Notes under the pieces: model-generated
What the model saw: the letters and a program-made list of their open reading frames with translations, nothing else
Told to the model about the DNA's origin: nothing
Database searches by the model: none
Source: Gemmatimonadota bacterium
Lineage (GTDB): Bacteria > Latescibacterota > UBA2968
Direction of reading: 5' to 3'
Length of the DNA stretch: 64,000 bases
Assembly: GCA_026706845.1 (NCBI GenBank)
Contig: JAPOXY010000278.1
Location: forward strand, 4,131 to 68,130
Program-made: the position numbers and the translations under genes
Shown: positions 57,709 through 64,000 of the stretch, piece by piece
Position numbering within the stretch: the stretch's first letter is position 1
Layout of the letters: every line of letters starts with the position of its first letter

Positions 57709-58472
57709 GCGTCACCTCCACGCCAGATGGCTTCAAAATTGTGTTGCGGTTGAAATCCTCGCAACTGAGATCCACTAATTTGGCCGACCAGATATTTTGG
57801 ATTCGGAATGTCCGCACAAATGTGATGGAGGGCAAATCGCCGGTTCCACTTCAGTTCGGACTGTGCATCGCGATTGAGAGATAGGCGAAAAGCCCGCGCT
57901 GCATCGCGATAATCGGTCCACATGAGGTCCGGGTCCTGTGGGGAAGCGTTTTCTTCTAATATTAGCTTGCCCAGGCGCAATACTGTGACGGCTACGGGAA
58001 AATCGCGCGCAAATTCGCGTGCTGTCATTTCGCCGAGGTAGCGCGTGAGTTGAAATTTGTCTGTCGATGGCATGGGGCGCCACATTTCGCTGATATACAC
58101 ATCATCGGGATAGGCTTCGAATATTTGGAGTGTGCTTCCATATACGAATCGCTTTATACCGGCATCTATACCGGCTTTGAATAAGACATGGGTGCCCCGG
58201 GTTGCCAGATCGAGTAATTCACGTTCGCAGGCGAGGTCGTCCTCGGGCAGATTGGGTGGTGGCTCACCTGTGTGGATAATAGCCTGCATGTTTCGAACGG
58301 CACGCCACGCTACGTCTAGGTCGCGCATGTCGCCTTCAAAATAGGTGATGTTTTCATCCAGTTCAGAAGGCGGTTCGCCCGCTCCCCAGAGTCGCAACTG
58401 GTTGCCCGGTGCCAATTCTCTGGCAACGGCCTGTCCCAAACGGCTCTCGGCTCCTGTTATCAGTACATTCAT
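57705..58472 (-). CDS. NAD-dependent epimerase/dehydratase-family protein
   Basis: MNVLITGAESRLGQAVAREL Rossmann motif. 4-nt overlaps on both sides. Confidence 0.7.
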   Translation of the reverse strand: MNVLITGAESRLGQAVARELAPGNQLRLWGAGEPPSELDENITYFEGDMRDLDVAWRAVRNMQAIIHTGEPPPNLPEDDLACERELLDLATRGTHVLFKAGIDAGIKRFVYGSTLQIFEAYPDDVYISEMWRPMPSTDKFQLTRYLGEMTAREFARDFPVAVTVLRLGKLILEENASPQDPDLMWTDYRDAARAFRLSLNRDAQSELKWNRRFALHHICADIPNPKYLVGQISGSQLRGFQPQHNFEAIWRGGDA

Positions 58473-59218
58473 AAGTTGTCCTCCAGATCAGATTCCCAGC
58501 CAAATTGCTGAAATAAACGATGAATTGGTCCGGGGATTGGCGCGGAGATTTCGGTCCATTTCTCCGATTTGGGGTGTGCAAAGCCGATGCGGGTGGCCAT
58601 TAGCAGCAATCGGCTAATTTCAAAATGGGATTGAAAAAAGCGATTGTGATGGCGGTCGCCATAGCGCGTATCGCCGATGATCGGATGGCGAAGATGCACA
58701 CAGTGGCGGCGGATCTGGTGTTGCCGACCTGTTACTGGCATTGCGCGCATGAGCGAATACCGCGCGGTTTCATATCGCCCCACGGGGTATGGTAGTTCAA
58801 CGGTGCCTTCGCAGTGAAAATCGGTGATGGCTTCGACGGGCGACGAGGTGTTGGGCGGGCAATAGGCGTGGTGTATCCGCCCTTTATCTGGCAAGTACCC
58901 GCGCACTACGGATAGGTATTCTTTTTTTATTTGTCGCGCTGAAAATGCAGCACCCAATGTACGTGCGATTTCAGGGCGAAGTGCGAATAGCACAACGCCC
59001 GATGTCCCGCGGTCCAGGCGGTGAACCGGATAAACCCATTGTCCGAGTTGATTTCGCAATACGGGCATGCAACACATGGCCGACCGGTCCAGTTGGGTCT
59101 GGTGTACAAACCAGCTACAGGGTTTTTGAATGGCGACCAGGTCGTTGTCGCGATACAGAATGTCCAGCTTCAAAATCGATTCCCGCGAAAAAATAGGGCA
59201 GACCGTGCGTCTGCCCAT
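58469..59218 (-). CDS. RluA-family pseudouridine synthase (TruC-like)
   Basis: Catalytic motif HRLDRGTSGVVLFA. Confidence 0.8.
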   Translation of the reverse strand: MGRRTVCPIFSRESILKLDILYRDNDLVAIQKPCSWFVHQTQLDRSAMCCMPVLRNQLGQWVYPVHRLDRGTSGVVLFALRPEIARTLGAAFSARQIKKEYLSVVRGYLPDKGRIHHAYCPPNTSSPVEAITDFHCEGTVELPYPVGRYETARYSLMRAMPVTGRQHQIRRHCVHLRHPIIGDTRYGDRHHNRFFQSHFEISRLLLMATRIGFAHPKSEKWTEISAPIPGPIHRLFQQFGWESDLEDNL

Positions 59219-59241
59219 CGAGACATCAGATTAGATGTCCA

Positions 59242-59940
59242 TTATTTGATCTCGAGCAATTCCAATTCAAATATGAGCGTTGAATTGGGACTGATTTGCC
59301 CGGCTTGCCGTGCGCCGTAGGCCAGATAGGATGGGATATAGAGTTCCCATTTCGATCCCGCGGGCATGAGTTGCAGGGCTTCTGTCCAGCCGGGAATGAG
59401 TTGATCCACGCGAAATTGCGCCGGTTCTCCGCGGCTGTAAGAACTGTCAAATTCCGTGCCGTCGAGCAATGTTCCGCGATAGTGACATACTACGGAGTCG
59501 GTTTTTTTGGGTTTCGCTCCGTCGCCGGCTTTGATCACTTTGTATTGCAAGCCGCTGTCCAATGTCACCACGCCTTCTTTTTTTCTGTTTTCCGCGAGGA
59601 AAGCCTCGCCAGCTTTTTGGTTTTCTGCTGCCATTTTGTTTTTCTCCGCAAGTTGTTGTGCCCTTTGTTCTTCCTGTATCTCGATTAGAAATTTTAGCGC
59701 TTCGTCTGAGGAAAGCAGGGGGGATTCTCCAGAATAACCATCTTTGAATCCCTGTACAAATACATCCATATCAATCGCCATGCCCTGTTGCTTTTTTAGT
59801 TGATCGGATAGATTTAAGCCGAGTGCATAACTCAGCTTGTGTTGCTTGTCCTCGAGGTTGACCTCTACAAATTCGGGTTTTTCCTGTGCCTGGCAACCCA
59901 GTAAGCCAGCGGCAATGCATACGGCAAAAAGACGCTTCAT
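59242..59940 (-). CDS. FKBP-type peptidyl-prolyl cis-trans isomerase (FkpA/Mip-like lipoprotein)
   Basis: Lipobox LLGC. C-terminal FKBP domain (…YRGTLLDGTEFDSSYSRGEPAQFRVDQLIPGWTEALQLMPAGSKWELYIPSYLAYG…). Confidence 0.85.
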   Translation of the reverse strand: MKRLFAVCIAAGLLGCQAQEKPEFVEVNLEDKQHKLSYALGLNLSDQLKKQQGMAIDMDVFVQGFKDGYSGESPLLSSDEALKFLIEIQEEQRAQQLAEKNKMAAENQKAGEAFLAENRKKEGVVTLDSGLQYKVIKAGDGAKPKKTDSVVCHYRGTLLDGTEFDSSYSRGEPAQFRVDQLIPGWTEALQLMPAGSKWELYIPSYLAYGARQAGQISPNSTLIFELELLEIK

Positions 59941-60014
59941 ATTTTCTCCTGAATAATAGGTAAATGTCCACCTGCCAGGTCTGTCCCCGCAGGTCTGTGG
60001 AGGACGTGTACAGA

Positions 60015-61538
60015 CTAAATAGCCTGAAATCGCGTTTTTACTTCTGATAGCACAATATCTGGAATATCCTCTGTGCGTTCAACTGCATAAACACAGATGT
60101 GGTCTGCAGTGGCAGCCCGCTGGCGAAATCGTTGGGCATCCCGGTTTTTCGCTACGTGAACAGCGGTTACCCGGTTTTCTTTTTGGATCAGAAATTGCAT
60201 CAGTGCATCGAGGTTGGTGATCTGCATATCTGTTATGAGAAAAATATCCACATGATTTTTGAGAAGGGGTTCCAGATCCGGCAGATGCAATGCTGTTCCA
60301 CCACCGAAGTAGCGGCACAATGCAAAGAATACGCGCTTGCGATCTCTTGAGAAATCCAGCACTTCTTTCCCACCGGCCTGGGCATCGCTAAAATTGTAAA
60401 CGGCCACGCGCTTGCCCCGTCGCAAATACGCATCGGCCGCGCATCCAGCGCCTAAGACTGCGTGGGATATTTCTCGACACGGATCGACCATACTGCCCGA
60501 GGAATCGACGATGACCACACAATCGGGTATGCCATCGCCGTCCCCGTGGGTTTCGCCATCTCGCCAGTTCCACATCTGGGAAATGCCCGGCATGACGCGC
60601 CCAAAACTCGTCCACACATCGATGTGCTGAACGGGTTTGCCAATTTCCCAGGGCGAATGGGAATGCGGATGTAATCCGCCCACTTTTTCCAGGGGCATGG
60701 TTTGCACGGGCAGGCGAAATGCGGATGCGCGCGCCATGTAAAACAAGAGGTCGGCATCCGAGGGCATGCCTTTGCCCCGGCCCATATCGGGCATCATGTT
60801 GGCGTCTTGTAGCTCGTCGGCAAAATCGCGCACCATTTCTCGAAAGGCGTAAAATCCCTGTTCGGCAAATTGTGCCATTCCCGCTGCGAGTTCGCCTGCG
60901 GAATACTGCTGGGTATCACCCATCATGCCACCCTGTCCATTCCCATCGTCCATTTCTTTTTGGATTAAGGGGGCAATCACCTGTGCGAATGCTCTAAGGC
61001 TATCGCCCCACTGCGAGGCGTCCAGATAGGGTATGCGCGCGAGTCGATCGACTTCGCCGCGGTCTTCTACACCCAAATTTTCACCCCAGAGACGCTGATA
61101 CAATGCCCGAATTACGTCTGTTACTTCACTCGATTCGGCGTGGCGATATACTTCGGGCAATTTCGATTCGCGCTCGCGCACGGCATGGGTATCGACTACC
61201 ACGTCCGAAAAATATTCGACTACTTGTTTGACCAATGCACCATCCAATAACACGGGTTTGAGCGCGGCATATAGCTTTAAGTGCGTCTCAAAATCCCAGG
61301 GACAAACGGTGTGATGCCCCACGCCGTGGTCCAGGAGTGCAGAGGTGGCGTCTTCTATGTCCATTACTTGCGCGAGGGCGGCCAGCCGATTGGCATTCAA
61401 TTGGATCACTTTGTCCATCATTTGAATGCTCGCGGCTTCGTCGCCTGTTTCGATTACTTCTGGCGTCGGCAATTCGGGAAATAGATGGCGCTTGCGAACA
61501 GCGGGCCAAACGCGCTGGATGATGTCGTTGAAGTTCAT
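60015..61538 (-). CDS. von Willebrand factor A domain protein
   Basis: MIDAS motif VVIVDSSGSM. ~300-aa N-terminal region of unknown function. 4-nt overlap with the upstream gene. Confidence 0.7.
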   Translation of the reverse strand: MNFNDIIQRVWPAVRKRHLFPELPTPEVIETGDEAASIQMMDKVIQLNANRLAALAQVMDIEDATSALLDHGVGHHTVCPWDFETHLKLYAALKPVLLDGALVKQVVEYFSDVVVDTHAVRERESKLPEVYRHAESSEVTDVIRALYQRLWGENLGVEDRGEVDRLARIPYLDASQWGDSLRAFAQVIAPLIQKEMDDGNGQGGMMGDTQQYSAGELAAGMAQFAEQGFYAFREMVRDFADELQDANMMPDMGRGKGMPSDADLLFYMARASAFRLPVQTMPLEKVGGLHPHSHSPWEIGKPVQHIDVWTSFGRVMPGISQMWNWRDGETHGDGDGIPDCVVIVDSSGSMVDPCREISHAVLGAGCAADAYLRRGKRVAVYNFSDAQAGGKEVLDFSRDRKRVFFALCRYFGGGTALHLPDLEPLLKNHVDIFLITDMQITNLDALMQFLIQKENRVTAVHVAKNRDAQRFRQRAATADHICVYAVERTEDIPDIVLSEVKTRFQAI

Positions 61539-62314
61539 GGTCGGTTTTTTGTTCCTCTGAGCATTTGGTCGCGGTGATAAATCGCGCCGCCTTCGGTGTT
61601 GCCCACACCTCCCAGGCGTCCATTGATGTGGATTTCGCCAGCTTGCATTTGTTCGCCGATAGATCTGCCAGCGTCTCCCGAGACTTCAATCCGTCCGTCG
61701 ATCATACCCGCGCCCAGATAGTGTCGGACATTTCCCTCGACCTTCAGGTGCCCCCCCATGAGCGAAATGCCCGTGAGGTCGCCCAGGTCTCCCACAATTG
61801 TCAGTGTGATGTCTTTGCGAAGGCGGTATCCCATAAGGGATAGACGCAAATCGTGACCCGTGAGATCGAGATGAATGTCCGATTGGGACGATGCGTTGCA
61901 AAAGGCCGATAAGAACAAGCCGAGGGGTTCCATGACAAAGAAAGCCGCGTCATTGCTTTGCAGGGCGTGCGCGCAAAATGCTTCGATATCGGTCATTTCC
62001 CAATCGATTTGTCCCACTATGTGCGATGCCGCAGTATAGGTCGATTCAATGGTTTTGCGGTCGGCTTGCCAGAGTCCCTCGCCGACGCATTCGTCGATCA
62101 GTGCGCTGTAAGCTGCTGTCAACCGATCCATTGTCTCGGTGTGAGATGCGAGAATTTTATCCATGGGCAGGACGCGCTTTTTTTCTGTGTCTTCGACGAA
62201 TTCGGCAAAGGGATTGCGTTTTGGGGATAGTAAGCCGTTGACGCGCTCTGCGTTTTCAGGGGTCAGATCGGATGGTGCAATCCGATCAAATTCGCGAAAT
62301 GGATTTTGTCGCAT
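61535..62314 (-). CDS. GXGXG-motif β-helix protein (GltB-C / FwdC-like domain) with an unknown N-terminal domain
   Basis: C-terminal repeats …IVGDLGDLTGISLMGGHLKVEGNVRHYLGAGMIDGRIEVSGDAGRSIGEQMQAGEIHINGRLGGVG… match the G-x-G-x-G β-helix pattern. Confidence 0.5.
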   Translation of the reverse strand: MRQNPFREFDRIAPSDLTPENAERVNGLLSPKRNPFAEFVEDTEKKRVLPMDKILASHTETMDRLTAAYSALIDECVGEGLWQADRKTIESTYTAASHIVGQIDWEMTDIEAFCAHALQSNDAAFFVMEPLGLFLSAFCNASSQSDIHLDLTGHDLRLSLMGYRLRKDITLTIVGDLGDLTGISLMGGHLKVEGNVRHYLGAGMIDGRIEVSGDAGRSIGEQMQAGEIHINGRLGGVGNTEGGAIYHRDQMLRGTKNRP

Positions 62315-62329
62315 GTCTGACTCCTGGGA

Positions 62330-63652
62330 TTACGAAAATTCTGGATGCACAGGCTCTTGTCCCAGATCGCGCATAATTTCCATGTAAATGGGGTGTTCGC
62401 CCTGAATGGGTTTTTCGTCGGTACCATTTAAGATGCGATTGGCAGTCATTAGAGCTGTTTGGATGCGCTCGCTCTGCTCGGTATAGCGCCGAAAGACCTG
62501 CCGCACCGCTTCTCGCGCTCTGTGAATGGGCAATACATCGTCCCGGTGGTCTTGCGTTTCTTCTTCGTCTCGCCATTGGATGCGGTGAGCACAGGTGTAT
62601 GGCAATATTGTGCGGATATGTTCGATATCCACTTCTTTGTCGCGCAGCACCCAGGCGAGTGCCTGTGCGTAGCGCCGGATGGAGATGGGCAGGCGATTAG
62701 ACGGGCATGTTTGTACTTCGTAACACAGATAGCCCGTGTAATGACAACCTTCGCCACAGACTTCATTTGTGCGTTTTTGTCCGTATTTGCAGCAGAAAGA
62801 CAATTCGGCCAAAAAGGTTCGAACATAGGCACTGGCATCGGCCTGGAAAGGCAGAGCGCTCATTTCACTGCGAATGGTTTCGCGCTCGGCACGCCCCAGG
62901 GTTGGTACGGACAAACGCTTGGAGATCGTTTTTCCATAATCCTCGCAAATCGCTTCTATCTCTGCTTCGGCATTGGGGTTGACCAGACAGGCCTGGAGTG
63001 CTTGCTCGCGTTGGGGATCTCGCAGGAGATGTGCGGGAGAGGATTCGGTGCCGATCATCCAGGACAAATTCGCGCCCGGATATTTGGATTCCACCATTAC
63101 GTCAAAGCGATCCAGAAGGGGGATAACGATGGTATTTGTTCCGCGGTCCTGATAATTGGCCGTTGCGAACAAACAGTATTCATCATTGATTTGCATCTGG
63201 TTCAAGTAGGACCAGTTGCCGCGATCCACGCCGTTGAGGATCAAACTCTGCTTTGTTTCCGGCAGGCGGTTGATTTCATCTACGACTTTGACGGGTAGGA
63301 CAGAAAATGCCGACCACACCACATCTTCTTCGCCGCGGTTGAGCGCGCCGAGGTTTGGGCGTCCGACAATTTTTTCTTCGGTCTGCTCGGGATGGCCACT
63401 TACTTCGGCTTCCCACACAGCTCCCAATGGCATGCGATATAGTAGCGCGCCGATATACTCTGCCGCCGTTGTTTTGCCCAGGCCGGGTTCGCCTACGATC
63501 AGGATTTTGCCACCTAATAGTCCCGTCAGGGTGCTGAGCAACAAAGCGGCATTGTGTTTTTGTCCCTCAATCTCCAGGTCTGCCCGGTTAAAATACAACC
63601 GCTCTTGGATAAAGGTCAAAATATCGCGTATTGTTGTCTGTAAGTCGGCCAT
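62330..63652 (-). CDS. MoxR-like AAA+ ATPase with a C-terminal Cys/His-rich extension
   Basis: Walker A IVGEPGLGKTT, sensor VVDEINR. Cys cluster FCCKYGQKRTNEVCGEGCHYTGYLCYEVQTCP (residues ~287-316). 440 aa. Confidence 0.75.
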   Translation of the reverse strand: MADLQTTIRDILTFIQERLYFNRADLEIEGQKHNAALLLSTLTGLLGGKILIVGEPGLGKTTAAEYIGALLYRMPLGAVWEAEVSGHPEQTEEKIVGRPNLGALNRGEEDVVWSAFSVLPVKVVDEINRLPETKQSLILNGVDRGNWSYLNQMQINDEYCLFATANYQDRGTNTIVIPLLDRFDVMVESKYPGANLSWMIGTESSPAHLLRDPQREQALQACLVNPNAEAEIEAICEDYGKTISKRLSVPTLGRAERETIRSEMSALPFQADASAYVRTFLAELSFCCKYGQKRTNEVCGEGCHYTGYLCYEVQTCPSNRLPISIRRYAQALAWVLRDKEVDIEHIRTILPYTCAHRIQWRDEEETQDHRDDVLPIHRAREAVRQVFRRYTEQSERIQTALMTANRILNGTDEKPIQGEHPIYMEIMRDLGQEPVHPEFS

Positions 63653-63659
63653 TTTGACC

Positions 63660-64000
63660 TCAGTCTGCTTGAGAAGAGGCGGCGGAGCGTCGGCGCAGCC
63701 ATTCGACGGTGAGTAGTAGCAATACGGCGAAGGCGATCAGGAATGTTGCCACGGCGAGGATGGTTGGGCTGATTTGCTCGCGGATGCCCGCCCACATCTG
63801 GCGCGGAATGGTGCGTTGTTCTATGCCGCCCATGAAAAGGACGACTACTACTTCGTCAAAAGATGTTGCAAATGCGAAGAGCGCGCCAGAAATAACGCCC
63901 GGTGCGATTAGCGGCAGTTGTACTCTGCGAAACGTGAGGATCGGTGAGGCACCAAGACTTGCGGCAGCGCGCGTCAGGATTGTATCAAAGGCGGATAGGG
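63660..64000 (-). CDS. ABC-transporter inner-membrane permease (PotC/ModB-like), 3' portion. The gene continues beyond the window end
   Basis: Minus-strand frame open to the window edge. It translates to …LTFRRVQLPLIAPGVISGALFAFATSFDEVVVVLFMGG… (the EAA-loop permease signature). Stop at 63660-63662, 8 nt before the AAA ATPase start. Confidence 0.7.
   Translation of the reverse strand, partial: LSAFDTILTRAAASLGASPILTFRRVQLPLIAPGVISGALFAFATSFDEVVVVLFMGGIEQRTIPRQMWAGIREQISPTILAVATFLIAFAVLLLLTVEWLRRRSAASSQAD

Noticed and set aside
62753-62770. CGEGCH in the MoxR-like ATPase, as a possible c-type haem site.
   Set aside because: It is CX3CH, not CXXCH, in a cytoplasmic AAA+ protein without a signal peptide. 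It is more likely part of a Zn/Fe-binding Cys cluster.
1-64000. Screen for CRISPR arrays, tRNA/rRNA genes, IS elements, integrases and phage genes.
   Set aside because: No regularly spaced direct repeats are visible. No intergenic region has tRNA-like length or TΨC-arm signatures. No transposase-, integrase- or phage-like ORFs were recognised. The window appears to be stable chromosome rather than a mobile island.

Overview
This 64-kb window is a gene-dense chromosomal segment (about 55% GC by eye). It probably comes from an uncultured Gram-negative bacterium of the FCB-type lineages, judging from a T9SS-like C-terminal sorting domain, a PorV/FadL-like β-barrel, a CarboxypepD_reg–TonB receptor and a type-2 IleS. 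I found no rRNA, tRNA, CRISPR array, transposase or integrase.

Recognisable content, in order:
- 5'-partial RND efflux adaptor and AcrB-type pump.
- ppk1, divergent from a complete Pho-type operon: putative porin–pstS–pstC (long form)–pstA (long form)–pstB–phoU, with Pho-box-like 11-bp-phased direct repeats in the intergenic regions.
- A NUDIX–MoxR(CoxD-like)–VWA(CoxE-like)–XdhC operon with no molybdo-hydroxylase structural genes nearby.
- A TonB-dependent receptor, a 1040-aa secreted protein with a T9SS-type C-terminal domain, and a PorV/FadL-like β-barrel.
- pspA preceded by a perfect σ54 -24/-12 element, a small membrane protein, a CASTOR/POLLUX-like tandem-RCK channel, an overlapping MscS gene and a TLC-like transporter.
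- Type-2 ileS with a structured leader (promoter with palindrome, then a terminator hairpin).
- A higher-GC pair: DMGDH-like flavoprotein and GcvT-like aminomethyltransferase.
- A minus-strand operon: γ-carbonic-anhydrase-like – lipoprotein – secreted β-barrel with an N-terminal CXXCH haem motif – small 2-TM protein.
- argH–argG, a sulfatase, YbdK, HAD, two Gfo/Idh/MocA oxidoreductases, a 654-aa unknown polytopic membrane protein, an AlkP/phosphodiesterase-family enzyme, a class-III aminotransferase, two epimerases, an RluA-family pseudouridine synthase and FkpA.
- A MoxR-type AAA+ ATPase – GXGXG β-helix protein – VWA protein triad abutting a 3'-partial ABC permease at the window end.

Best candidates for undescribed biology:
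- The Cyc2-like fused cytochrome-porin operon.
- The MoxR–GXGXG–VWA triad.
- The orphan NUDIX–CoxD–CoxE–XdhC module.
- The σ54-pspA / CASTOR-like channel / MscS / TLC-like membrane-stress cluster.
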